Virus record (IMG/VR): IMGVR_UViG_3300042271_000539
Location: 1-64,000 of that record
Length of the DNA stretch: 64,000 nucleotides
Strand: one strand, 5' to 3'
Source of the DNA: a virus
Lineage: Duplodnaviria > Caudoviricetes
The stretch's first letter is position 1, and each line of letters opens with the position of its first letter. The translations under genes and the position numbers were made by a program. The notes beneath the pieces are model-generated. The model was not told the origin of the DNA, did not search any database, and was given only the letters and a program-made list of their open reading frames with translations. This document shows positions 28,655 through 38,765 of the stretch, piece by piece.

Positions 28655-30628
28655 ATGGCAATAGAAATGAATAAAATATACATAGGTAGTGTTGTTGAAG
28701 TCATTAAAGATGACTTTGATGTCCCTACATCTGAGCTTAGGATAAGAATACCTAGTGTTCATGGCTCAAGTGGTTCTGGGGGTGTAGCTGATAACAAGTT
28801 ACCAATAGCCAGACCTTTAATGTTTCCTGGGACAATATTTAGTAAACCTAATTTTTTAAAGATTTCTGACAGTATAAAGATAGCCTATGTTATATTTGAG
28901 GCGGGGACTCCCACTAAGCCAGTATACTTTGGCTTAAGAACAGACACAACACTGTATGACATATCTTCTTTAACAGAAATTGATATTTTAGATTTCACAC
29001 CTATAGATGCTCCAGAATATAAAGAGGGTCGACTATTTTACGACAGGAATGTGAACTTCCTATCTTATTATAATGAACATGAAGATGTTACTGTCAATAT
29101 AGGTGGTGCACTTTTGAAACCTGTTATAAACATGACAGATGAGGAAATACCAAACGGGAAAGTAATTTACCCCACAGGGGTAGACCCAGAAACCTCAAGG
29201 TTTACAGTTGAATTAGCAGACTGTAGGTCTAGAGAGAAAAGTTTCCCCATAGCCGTAACTACGACGCCACTCCCAGCAAATGGGGGAAAAGGTTATGTTA
29301 CATCTGATGGTACTGTTAGAGGTATTGACACTAGTTACTTAGACCCTGCGCAACCTGTTTACTTAGATCAGTTTAATCCAGGAGGCTTATCAAATACAAG
29401 GCCTGACGATGGTGCTTTCATAACTCTCGTTGGTCGAGTTAAGGTAGTTGGATTAACTGATGGGGAACTTGAGGTGGACCGAAACTACTCAGATGTCACC
29501 GCTGAAGTTAATTCTGGTATTAACGGCTTCTCCGATTTTATGAGAAACAACACTGTGCTTTCTGTTGATACCTCTACAAGAACTTTCACTATTCAGATGG
29601 ACCCATCAGCAGTAGATTCTATGGGCAATCCTTGGGGAGACAAATTTCACTTCTACATAAATGGAAGAAAGGTTGAAAAAGAGGGTGCTTCTAGTTTAGT
29701 ATTTCCTGACGAATATGGAGAGCATTATATCTACTTTGATAGGGAAGACGAAATTCTGAAGGAGATAATTAATCCCACAGCAAGTGAAATGTCAGAGGTT
29801 TTTATTGATAACTGTGCTGTAGCCTTTTTCTACTGGGATTCTGACATTCAAGACATTGTTCTAAATATATCAGACGAGAGACATGGGATACTTATGGACT
29901 CTTCAACTCATAGATATTTGCACACCATATTTGGTTCCAGATATGTTTCTGGGATGCAGGTCAGTGATGTTGATTATACTAACGCCAAGTTTACTGTGAG
30001 CTCAGGAGTATTTTATGATGAAGACTTGAGACACACTACAGAGGAAAAAACAATCAATCAAGGTCTCCCAATACTGTACCAATATGGTAGTGGTGTTGTT
30101 GGGAAAGTCACACTACCAGATTACCCAATAAGAACAAAAGTCACAACTCAACTTAACTCAGCATTTAAGATATTTGAGGGCGGTACTAGGGTGGCTAGAA
30201 ATTATTATGATATTGCATTAAATGAGTGGTCCGTTGTAGAAGTTCAAAACGCAAAGTTCACATTGTATCATTTATTTGCGTCCAATAGTATTAGTGGGGA
30301 ACTATTCATGATTATGGGACAAGAGCAGTATGAGACAGTATCGTCAGCTCGTGAGGCTGCATTAACAGAGATAGGTAATATAAGAGCAAATTTAAACTTT
30401 CCAGAATTTATTACTATAGCAACTTTTATAGTACAAGCTACTGCCAACACAGCGGGTTGTGAAATAGTACCTACAGATGAGGGTGCACCTTACATAGACT
30501 GGAGAACTACTAAGGCAACAGGTGTTGGGGGCTCTGCTTATGAGCTACCTTATGCTACTGATTCCACTATAGGTGGTATACGTATTTCCGTAGAGGGTAC
30601 TATAGCAAACATATATACAAGTGACTGA
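28655..30628 (+). CDS. Baseplate spike (gp5-like OB-fold N-terminus) fused to fibre-like domains
   Basis: YIGSVVEV..D....ELRIRIPSVHG and V.V.FE.G....PV.FG motifs. Confidence 0.6.
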   Translation: MAIEMNKIYIGSVVEVIKDDFDVPTSELRIRIPSVHGSSGSGGVADNKLPIARPLMFPGTIFSKPNFLKISDSIKIAYVIFEAGTPTKPVYFGLRTDTTLYDISSLTEIDILDFTPIDAPEYKEGRLFYDRNVNFLSYYNEHEDVTVNIGGALLKPVINMTDEEIPNGKVIYPTGVDPETSRFTVELADCRSREKSFPIAVTTTPLPANGGKGYVTSDGTVRGIDTSYLDPAQPVYLDQFNPGGLSNTRPDDGAFITLVGRVKVVGLTDGELEVDRNYSDVTAEVNSGINGFSDFMRNNTVLSVDTSTRTFTIQMDPSAVDSMGNPWGDKFHFYINGRKVEKEGASSLVFPDEYGEHYIYFDREDEILKEIINPTASEMSEVFIDNCAVAFFYWDSDIQDIVLNISDERHGILMDSSTHRYLHTIFGSRYVSGMQVSDVDYTNAKFTVSSGVFYDEDLRHTTEEKTINQGLPILYQYGSGVVGKVTLPDYPIRTKVTTQLNSAFKIFEGGTRVARNYYDIALNEWSVVEVQNAKFTLYHLFASNSISGELFMIMGQEQYETVSSAREAALTEIGNIRANLNFPEFITIATFIVQATANTAGCEIVPTDEGAPYIDWRTTKATGVGGSAYELPYATDSTIGGIRISVEGTIANIYTSD

Positions 30629-30640
30629 TAATTAAGAGAG

Positions 30641-32680
30641 GTGTTTATTTTGGGTAATATAAGGAACTTAAAAGTAAATGATATAACTATAGAAGAATTG
30701 AATATAGATGCTCAAGTTATAGACACACTCTATATAGATGGCGTTATATATTTCCTAACGTTGGTGGAGCCTAGTATTTTAAACTTCAGTAAAGAATATA
30801 TGTCTATATCATTTAGATTAAGAAATAATGACTTGAATCCTACCAACGTCTATTATGAGGTTGATGAACCATTACCCAACACAGAGTTTGTTACCTTGGA
30901 CTCTGAAGAAGTATCAAGTTTAATAACAATATCGGATATCTCTTTAAATGTGGATCACACTCTATACGCTAGAAGTTTTAAGCTAGGACAATTCTCTGAT
31001 ATAGTTACTACTGTAGACTTTAGAATAGTAGAGATTAGTTTAGACATACTAAAGACTTTACTTCTTACTTTAGAGTCTACAACAGACTTTAGAACACCGA
31101 AGAACTTAGACATTGCTAAAGACTTAAGTTTAACTTTAGACTCAACATATAAATTAACTGAGCATTTAGACATACTAAAGACACTTTGGTTAGCTTTAGA
31201 CTCAACTACAGACTTTAGAACGCCTAAGAACTTAGACATACTAAAGACTTTACTTCTTACTTTAGAGTCTACAACAGACTTTAGAACACCGAAGAACTTA
31301 GACATTGCTAAGGATCTAGGTCTGGCTTTAGATTCTACATATAAACTTACAGAACATTTAGACATACTAAAGACTTTACTTCTTACTTTAGAGTCTACAA
31401 CAGACTTTAGAACGCCTGAGAATTTGGACATACTAAAGACTTTACTGCTTACTTTAACCTCTACAACAGACTTTAGAACTCCTGAGAACTTAGACATTAC
31501 TAAGGATCTAGGTCTGACTTTAGACTCAACATATAAATTAACTGAGCATTTAGACATCTTAAAGACTTTACTGATTACTTTAACCTCTACAACAGACTTT
31601 AGAACACCGAAGAACTTAGACATACTAAAGACACTTTGGTTAACTTTAGACTCAACTACAGACTTTAGAACACCTAAAGATATAGACATACTAAAGACTA
31701 TTAACTTATCGCTAGATGCTGTAACAAGATTTTCTCAATACTTTGATTTAGACATACTAAAGACACTTTGGTTAACTTTAGAGGCTACTACTGATTTTTC
31801 AACACCAGATAATCTGGAGATATTAAAAACTTTATTATTAACTTTAGAGTCTACAACAGACTTTAGAACTCCTAAAGGTCTAGATATAAACAAAACGCTC
31901 GGAATAGCTTTAAATGCAACTTTTGTTCTAGAAGATATATACTTAGTTACATATTACTTAAATGGTGGTGCAAATCACGCCTCAAACCCAGCAACATTTT
32001 ATGCTGATGACTTACCTATTGCTCTAGGAGACCCTACGAAGACAGGCTACACCTTCAATGATTGGTACACAGAGGCAGGGTTTACTAACGCAATAAGTAG
32101 CCTTACAGAAGAACAAAACTACTCATTATATGCTAAGTTTACAGCTAATACATATACAGTAGTCTTTAATGCTAATGGTGGTTCTGGGACAATGTCAAAC
32201 CAGAGTTTCACTTATGATGTTTATCAAAATCTTAGAACTAATACCTTTACTAGATCTGGTTATGCCTTTATAGGTTGGGCGACAAGCCCTTCAGGAAGTG
32301 TAGTATATGACGATGCTGAATATGTTAGAAATTTAGCAACTGGTGGTACTGTTAACCTTTATGCTAAGTGGGAGTTACTAAGAACAACCACAACACCGAA
32401 TATTACAGACTATGGTGTTAGATTAATAACAGGAGATTTAGGTAACTTTAACCAATTCTACTGGAAAGTTCAAAATCTAGACTCTCTATCAGCAGAAATA
32501 TTCAGTGAGCATACTGATACAGATCCAGATATAAGTAGAGGGGTAATAGCTTCTAATGCTAAGACTGGGGAAATTACCTACACTACAAGTATAAGCACTA
32601 CGTCAATTACAGTTTATGCTAAGGCTAAAGCTGGCGTTCACAATATGTCTGCTATAGATAGTCAAGTTATAAGTTTATAA
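30641..32680 (+). CDS. Tail-associated protein with 14 tandem 20-22-aa repeats and two Listeria-Bacteroides (InlB-B/Flg_new-like) repeats
   Basis: LDILKTLLLTLESTTDFRTPKN-type repeats; YLVTYYLNGG...PTKTGYTFNDWY...YAKF and YTVVFNANGG...RSGYAFIGW...YAKW. Confidence 0.7.
   Translation: MFILGNIRNLKVNDITIEELNIDAQVIDTLYIDGVIYFLTLVEPSILNFSKEYMSISFRLRNNDLNPTNVYYEVDEPLPNTEFVTLDSEEVSSLITISDISLNVDHTLYARSFKLGQFSDIVTTVDFRIVEISLDILKTLLLTLESTTDFRTPKNLDIAKDLSLTLDSTYKLTEHLDILKTLWLALDSTTDFRTPKNLDILKTLLLTLESTTDFRTPKNLDIAKDLGLALDSTYKLTEHLDILKTLLLTLESTTDFRTPENLDILKTLLLTLTSTTDFRTPENLDITKDLGLTLDSTYKLTEHLDILKTLLITLTSTTDFRTPKNLDILKTLWLTLDSTTDFRTPKDIDILKTINLSLDAVTRFSQYFDLDILKTLWLTLEATTDFSTPDNLEILKTLLLTLESTTDFRTPKGLDINKTLGIALNATFVLEDIYLVTYYLNGGANHASNPATFYADDLPIALGDPTKTGYTFNDWYTEAGFTNAISSLTEEQNYSLYAKFTANTYTVVFNANGGSGTMSNQSFTYDVYQNLRTNTFTRSGYAFIGWATSPSGSVVYDDAEYVRNLATGGTVNLYAKWELLRTTTTPNITDYGVRLITGDLGNFNQFYWKVQNLDSLSAEIFSEHTDTDPDISRGVIASNAKTGEITYTTSISTTSITVYAKAKAGVHNMSAIDSQVISL
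31040..31936 (+). repeat. Coding tandem repeat: 66-bp (A) and 60-bp (B) units in a higher-order A-B-A pattern
   Basis: Unit order ABAABAABAACAAD read from translation. Confidence 0.9.
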
Positions 32681-32705
32681 AGACAAATAGGAAGGAAATA
32701 AAATA

Positions 32706-33083
32706 ATGGATGCAAAAGACAAAGAATTAATTATGTTACTACTAACAGCTAGTGGTGGTATAGATAGGATTGCTATTGGTGGATCTTATGCTGCAACACC
32801 AGATCCCATAGCAACTATAATAACAACTTTAAGTACTGCTACATGGACAGTAGCTAGCACAGGTGTTGCTACTTTAAACTCGGTGCCTAAAGTTTGGGAA
32901 TTGTCTGGACTGAATGCAGGTACTATTGCGGAAATGGTATTAGTTTACAGTTCAGGGAATCAACCCACCGGTGATGCGGACTTCGGGGACTTAGTAGAAT
33001 TTGATTCAATATCACCAACAAAGTCTTGTGTAGATGGTGATATTGCCCAAGTCACTGGTGCAACATTAACAATAACAGACTAA
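32706..33083 (+). CDS. Small structural (fibre/baseplate-associated) protein
   Basis: T/G/A-rich beta protein; C-terminus GDIAQVTGATLTI similar to next ORF. Confidence 0.45.
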   Translation: MDAKDKELIMLLLTASGGIDRIAIGGSYAATPDPIATIITTLSTATWTVASTGVATLNSVPKVWELSGLNAGTIAEMVLVYSSGNQPTGDADFGDLVEFDSISPTKSCVDGDIAQVTGATLTITD

Positions 33084-33101
33084 GGAGGTAAAGGACTTAA
33101 T

Positions 33102-33497
33102 ATGAATGCAACTACAAGAGCGGTATTAATGGCAAAAATAAGAGCTGGATCTAATATAATAAATAAACTGGTGCCTTACGGGACTGCTAATGCTACAGTA
33201 AAAACACTATGTGATGCTCAAGACATTACTTGGAATGTACCAAGCGCTGGTGTTTCTTCTGGGAGACTAGTATTATCAGCACAAAAACTATTTCAAGTTA
33301 CAGCAACCGGTGCTACTAATGTGATCGGGGTACTGATTATAAATTCACAAAACACGAACCAGTCTTCTCCATATAATGGAATAGCCGTTGGTACGGGCAC
33401 CTATGGAATAAAAGCGCCTGACGATTCACCAATTGCTTTAGAGACTGGGGACTACGTTAGGGTTACTGCTTTAACTTTAGGTATTGATGGAGCGTAG
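33102..33497 (+). CDS. Small structural protein, paralog-like of 32706-33083
   Basis: ITWNV and GDYVRVTALTLGI similar to upstream ORF. Confidence 0.45.
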   Translation: MNATTRAVLMAKIRAGSNIINKLVPYGTANATVKTLCDAQDITWNVPSAGVSSGRLVLSAQKLFQVTATGATNVIGVLIINSQNTNQSSPYNGIAVGTGTYGIKAPDDSPIALETGDYVRVTALTLGIDGA

Positions 33498-33500
33498 GAA

Positions 33501-33647
33501 ATGAAAACTAATCTAGGATTTACCACAGAGGTAAAAATAGAAGTAATAAAAAAAGGTACCCCAGAGTGGTACAAAATAAAAGAAGAAGAGGAAAGAGCCT
33601 TAGAAGAAGCTAAGTCATCAGATTCTGAAAGTTTAGACAAGGAATAA
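33501..33647 (+). CDS. Small hypothetical protein (48 aa, not in ORF track)
   Basis: ATG 33501 to TAA 33647, fills gap between genes. Confidence 0.4.
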   Translation: MKTNLGFTTEVKIEVIKKGTPEWYKIKEEEERALEEAKSSDSESLDKE

Positions 33648-33673
33648 TTTTTGAAAGTGGGGAATAGATAAAG

Positions 33674-34066
33674 ATGCCTGAAAATAGAATTAAAGACCTT
33701 AAGGGGCACTTAGATGACTCTTATATAATAGGGCACTATCAAGTAAGTTATGATTTAACTAGTGATGATAGGTATAAACACATAGACGAACTTTTACTTT
33801 ATGATAAAAAACTAATAAAAGCCACCATGGGTCCTATTGATTTGAATTTTGAAGCTCAGGACTTTATTAGACCTATGTACATTGTCCCTGAGGAAAGAGA
33901 AAACCGTATAGACCTAATAGCTTTAGAGTACTATGGTGCATCTAAGTTTTGGTGGGTGATAGCTTATGCTAATAGGCTAGAAGACCCCTTTGATTTACCA
34001 AAAGGGAAGATACTAATAATACCAAGCTTAAAAGGAATTAGGGACTTCCCTAATCCACTTAACTAG
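33674..34066 (+). CDS. Baseplate wedge protein (gp53/LysM-like)
   Basis: RIDLIALEYYG..KFWWVIAYAN.LEDPFDL..G..L.IP. Confidence 0.75.
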   Translation: MPENRIKDLKGHLDDSYIIGHYQVSYDLTSDDRYKHIDELLLYDKKLIKATMGPIDLNFEAQDFIRPMYIVPEERENRIDLIALEYYGASKFWWVIAYANRLEDPFDLPKGKILIIPSLKGIRDFPNPLN

Positions 34067-34078
34067 AGGTGATATAAA

Positions 34079-34447
34079 ATGCCAACAGGTACAAATATAA
34101 AAGATTTATTTAATACATCATCAGGTGCAACAAAATTACTGTCCAATGTAGACCTGATAAAACAAGAAGTAGAATTCCTACTATCATTCCAAAAGTACAG
34201 TCTATTTTTTGGGAATGAGTTGGGCTTGGGTGCTGAAAAATTTCTTAACCTTAGAAACAGGGAAGCTACATTCAATTTAATAAGATCAGAGATACAAAAG
34301 CTTTTTACTAAGTACAGAAGAGTTAAGATAAGAAATATCTCCATGGCTTTTAGCAGAACAGAGAGTAAAATAACTATAGATTTAACACTATCTACAAGCT
34401 CTTATGATATGAATACGTTTAACGTGTCCTTTGATCTTTATAATTAG
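34079..34447 (+). CDS. Baseplate wedge protein (gp25-like)
   Basis: IKQEVEFLL...SLFFGNELG pattern; gp53-gp25-gp6 order. Confidence 0.7.
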   Translation: MPTGTNIKDLFNTSSGATKLLSNVDLIKQEVEFLLSFQKYSLFFGNELGLGAEKFLNLRNREATFNLIRSEIQKLFTKYRRVKIRNISMAFSRTESKITIDLTLSTSSYDMNTFNVSFDLYN

Positions 34448-34456
34448 GAGGCAACA

Positions 34457-35965
34457 ATGACAACTTTAACAACAGAACAAATTAACATAATAAATGCAGT
34501 AAAGGAAAAAATATATAAAAAACTTTCCTATACTAATCAAAGTTATAATGAAATTATTTTGGATATTATAGATTTATTTAAAGATCCGAACAAACTAAAC
34601 ACTAAGTGGGACAACATTTCTGAAGCTGATATAATGTTTATATTTATGTCTATATTAGCTGCGCATAAAGATATGCTAAATTATATGATTGATTATAGAA
34701 GTTTAGAATCATACATGGGGACAGCCAGAGAAGACCAGTCAATAAAAAGAATAGCAAACTCCTTCGGATTTAAACTACCAAGCTATAAAGCTGGTAGAGC
34801 CCTCGTAGAACTTCAAGCTGGTACTATAACGCTCACAAAGTTCCAATCATTGATAGATTCTAGTGGCGTTGTTTGGACTTACTTGGGAGATGATAAAACA
34901 GTCACTACTGAGTCTGGAGATAGAGCTATAGAACTCTTTCAAGGCACCAAGTTTAGTGTTGACAACATTGACCCTAGGAACTTTACTAACAACTCTACGA
35001 GAACCCACAAAATAAGCAACAAAGCAGTAGCAATTGGCAACACGTATAATAATACCTCTTGTTCTTTACTATACTCTGCTAACGGTACAGAAGAGGATAC
35101 AATAGTATTTACTGAGGTAGACAGTATCTATAATTACACTGGGGATGATAAGGTTTACGAGCTATTCGTGGACACTATTGGGGAAACCTGTATAAAACTT
35201 CCTTATAACATTGATATAAGCACCCTACCTAGTAATTCTAAGTTTAACTTTAGAGGTCTTATAACTTCTGGGGACTTTGTTGATGGTATTGATATTATTG
35301 AGACAGAGGATTACACACTAAGTCCAGTCATAGGAGAATTTTATAGAGGAGCAAATCCCCCAAACAAAGACATCATAAAAGATCTATTTAAAAACTATTA
35401 CAATGTGACTAACACGCTTGTAACTCTTTATGAGTATAAAAACTATATTCTAAATAAGCAAAAGTTTATTCCCGGTATTTCTAAATGTTTAATAGCAGAC
35501 ATACAACACGATACTTCTGGTGGTGAAGGGAGCTCTTTAGGTGAGGTTTTGAACATAGGTGTCTACTTATTAAAGGATGATAATGAGGAGTTAGGAATTA
35601 GTGACGACACAGAAGGTCTTTTAGAGGACTTACAGAATAGAACAGTATCTGGACTAACTATACATATAAATAATATGGGTGAGTCTGAGGGGTCACCTGT
35701 GGAGCCGTTAACTGAAGTTCCTATAGAGGTTCAATTAGCAGGTTCTGTCGATATTAATATAAAAGAAATAGTCATAGACTATATAAATTCTATTGGTATC
35801 GGGGGACAGTTATCTCAAAAAGGTATTAGTGATGCGCTTTCTGCTGAGGGTTACAATTTTTACGGGAAGGTAACGCTAACTAGCCCTACTCCTGAAGATG
35901 GTGTTGTTCAACTGGCTTTTAATGAATACGCTAGTTTAGATGAAGCAGATATAACAGAGGTTTAA
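34457..35965 (+). CDS. Baseplate wedge protein (gp6/baseplate J-like)
   Basis: E.Y..TAR...SI.RIAN..G.KL and LVTL.EY motifs. Confidence 0.75.
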   Translation: MTTLTTEQINIINAVKEKIYKKLSYTNQSYNEIILDIIDLFKDPNKLNTKWDNISEADIMFIFMSILAAHKDMLNYMIDYRSLESYMGTAREDQSIKRIANSFGFKLPSYKAGRALVELQAGTITLTKFQSLIDSSGVVWTYLGDDKTVTTESGDRAIELFQGTKFSVDNIDPRNFTNNSTRTHKISNKAVAIGNTYNNTSCSLLYSANGTEEDTIVFTEVDSIYNYTGDDKVYELFVDTIGETCIKLPYNIDISTLPSNSKFNFRGLITSGDFVDGIDIIETEDYTLSPVIGEFYRGANPPNKDIIKDLFKNYYNVTNTLVTLYEYKNYILNKQKFIPGISKCLIADIQHDTSGGEGSSLGEVLNIGVYLLKDDNEELGISDDTEGLLEDLQNRTVSGLTIHINNMGESEGSPVEPLTEVPIEVQLAGSVDINIKEIVIDYINSIGIGGQLSQKGISDALSAEGYNFYGKVTLTSPTPEDGVVQLAFNEYASLDEADITEV

Positions 35966-35985
35966 TAAAGAGAGGTTGATAGTTT

Positions 35986-38742
35986 ATGTACAATGAAATA
36001 CTGAGAATTATAAATAAAAAAAATCTTCATGAGACTAATAGCTGGGCAAGTTTTGTAGAAAATAACTTCTCTAGTGAGCAACTGATTACTCTGGACTTCA
36101 TATTAGAATCTTTTCCTGAGAACCTATTACTAACTGAGGGCATACCAAACACAGATATAATAACCATATTGGCTTTAATTGCATATGATATAGGGAGCTC
36201 TCGGGAACTCATAAAAAATTTAAAATACTCGAAAGATGTTGATTATATCTATGATCGAATTATAAGCACAACATCTACTAAGTACAGTAGTCGAGACGCT
36301 ATAGAAACCCCTTTAGTTGGAGATACTGTACTTGAAGATGGCACACTTTACAGATATTCTGCCTATTCCTGGGGAGATGGGGTACCTTGTCCAGACTATA
36401 TACCAACAAATCCCGAAGAGGGGGACTATTGGTATGATAGCAGTAGTGGATCAGTTTACAGATACTCATCATCATCTTGGGTAGAAGATCCTTTTGTCTC
36501 CAGAAAAGAGCTTAAGACACCATTTTATGGAGCAAAATGGTTAGACATAAAAACTAATACACTGTACGAGTATAGCAGTCCTTATTGGGAAAAGATAAAT
36601 ATACCAGAAAATAACTTAAAATTGTTATTACCTTTGCTTGAGGATATGAAGTTTTTTCTTTTAGATACTACTGATGATTTTTCTGTGAAAGAGAATCTAA
36701 TAAAAAACTTTAGAAATTTAGCTAGAGATAGTTTTAGCTTAGTAAAAAATTACGGAACTCTACCAACTTTAAAAAGGCTCATTGATAACTACTTATATGA
36801 CGCAAAAAATGAAGACGTTAGAATCCCTTTTACCGTAGATGACACATCTTCTCCCGGGGTTGTTTCGATAGATATACCTGAGTTAGTTGACTATGGATTA
36901 ATAGATCTACTTGATCTCAGTGAGTACTCTGGTACAGGACCTTATACTTTTCAGATTAATAAAGATTCCAATCTTTATAAGTATCTCATGAAACTAAAGC
37001 CTGCTGGTATATCATATAATATTGAATCAACGGGTAACTCTGAAGTCACTGCAACCTTAATAGCACCAACAGTAACTATACTTTCTGTTGATTATGATGC
37101 TGACTCCTATACACTTTCAATAAAAAATAATAATAGTTTTAGTGTTGGTCTCGATATAGTTGATAAAGAGTCATCATCATCTTATGGTCCATCAGAATCT
37201 TACCCGGTGCTTAAAGCAAATGAATATAGAGTAATAACTAGAAATGCAGATAATCCTGATTTTAGTGTATACGAAACAGAGACAAATATAAAAGTTGATA
37301 TATCCTACGGTATTTCAACTGAGTCTACTTCAGTGTCGCACACTGCAAATGCTATTTTAGCCTTAGGCGAAGCTGCTTTAACTGCAACTAAAGGTTATGA
37401 TCTTCTCGGGAATAATGGTTATGTTGACGTTGTGGTATATAATAACAATAGCAGAGACGTTAGAGCATATATATCTAGAAATTGGGGAACAGACCCAGTT
37501 ACAAACACAATACAAAATATAGCGGCAAATAGTTCTATAAGTCTTAGATATTATAACACAGTCTACAATACAGCCAGAGACTTTACTATAACAGCATACC
37601 TGGAAGATGTTTTAGGGAAATATGGAGACTCACCTGTGGACACAGATATTATAACAAGCGTTCCTGGGGTACCTAAATTAATATTTGCTGAAGGTGATCT
37701 AGCAACTGCTGAAGTTGTAAAAGTAGATGGAGGCTACATAGGTATAACTGTAGATAATCCTAATGAGGGTATTGAAGTATATGCCAAGACATCCGTTGTT
37801 TGGAAAACATCACTGGGTTCTATTCTAGGCACGGCTAACTATACCCACACAATCACACCACCAACCTACTCTACGTATTTTGAATTAAAAAATAACTATC
37901 AACTAGCGACGGCAGAAGTAACTGTATATCTTCAAGACCCAGATAGTTATTATGCTAACTCAGATTCAGACATAGACAGCGTGTCTAACATTGATGGAAA
38001 GCAATTGACTTTTGGTTCAGCAGATATTCTTTTAAATTCAACTACAATTGATGGCCTAGTTAACTCAGCACTAAATGTGCGAAACAGTAACGTTGGCTTT
38101 TCTGTAAACGCTGAGATAGATTATAGTTGGTCTGTTGGTAAGCTAGAAATACTTGGAGCTGATCCATCTTATGCTGGTAGCGAGGAAATAACTATAATTG
38201 ATTATGGTTTTGTAGATTCAATTAGATATAGTAAAGACTACCCTCTTAACCTTTCTCCTGCGTATTCTGATGGTGATATAGTTAGGGTGGATAGAGGTTA
38301 CTTAGAATTAAGTTTAGAAAATCCTGTGCCAGGAGCACAAATGTATATCTTAACCGACACTGATGCAGCATACAGCTACGGTATGGTAATGGACTTTTTA
38401 GAACAAGAGCACCCTACAGACTACAACAATCTTATTAATGGGGATCTTCCGAGCCTCTTTGTTGTAAGAGTTAATAAGTCAGATTCAGAGTATGTTTACT
38501 ATAAGCCACTCTATTCAGGTACTCTTTACGAGGGCACTTCAATATACAATAGATACTACTACTATAGATTGGATAAGCAAGGAACAGACACCCTAAGTTC
38601 TATTTCACCTAGTTTCTGGAAACAAAAAATATATGCAAGTGGGATGAAGTATACAAGACAATCACTGACTGTAAGCGTTACACTTAAAGCTAGTGGTTAC
38701 ACTGATTCAACTACAAGAACACGAACAAACACTAATGTTTAA
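35986..38742 (+). CDS. Large baseplate wedge / fibre-attachment protein
   Basis: YGTL...LKPAG motif in N-terminal half followed by T/S/N-rich beta domains. Confidence 0.5.
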   Translation: MYNEILRIINKKNLHETNSWASFVENNFSSEQLITLDFILESFPENLLLTEGIPNTDIITILALIAYDIGSSRELIKNLKYSKDVDYIYDRIISTTSTKYSSRDAIETPLVGDTVLEDGTLYRYSAYSWGDGVPCPDYIPTNPEEGDYWYDSSSGSVYRYSSSSWVEDPFVSRKELKTPFYGAKWLDIKTNTLYEYSSPYWEKINIPENNLKLLLPLLEDMKFFLLDTTDDFSVKENLIKNFRNLARDSFSLVKNYGTLPTLKRLIDNYLYDAKNEDVRIPFTVDDTSSPGVVSIDIPELVDYGLIDLLDLSEYSGTGPYTFQINKDSNLYKYLMKLKPAGISYNIESTGNSEVTATLIAPTVTILSVDYDADSYTLSIKNNNSFSVGLDIVDKESSSSYGPSESYPVLKANEYRVITRNADNPDFSVYETETNIKVDISYGISTESTSVSHTANAILALGEAALTATKGYDLLGNNGYVDVVVYNNNSRDVRAYISRNWGTDPVTNTIQNIAANSSISLRYYNTVYNTARDFTITAYLEDVLGKYGDSPVDTDIITSVPGVPKLIFAEGDLATAEVVKVDGGYIGITVDNPNEGIEVYAKTSVVWKTSLGSILGTANYTHTITPPTYSTYFELKNNYQLATAEVTVYLQDPDSYYANSDSDIDSVSNIDGKQLTFGSADILLNSTTIDGLVNSALNVRNSNVGFSVNAEIDYSWSVGKLEILGADPSYAGSEEITIIDYGFVDSIRYSKDYPLNLSPAYSDGDIVRVDRGYLELSLENPVPGAQMYILTDTDAAYSYGMVMDFLEQEHPTDYNNLINGDLPSLFVVRVNKSDSEYVYYKPLYSGTLYEGTSIYNRYYYYRLDKQGTDTLSSISPSFWKQKIYASGMKYTRQSLTVSVTLKASGYTDSTTRTRTNTNV

Positions 38743-38765
38743 AGTTTTATTATGGAGATGATTAG

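Noticed and set aside
30955-31689. 244-aa minus-strand ORF
   Set aside because: Antisense shadow of the coding tandem repeat on the + strand; no RBS and opposite to the operon direction.
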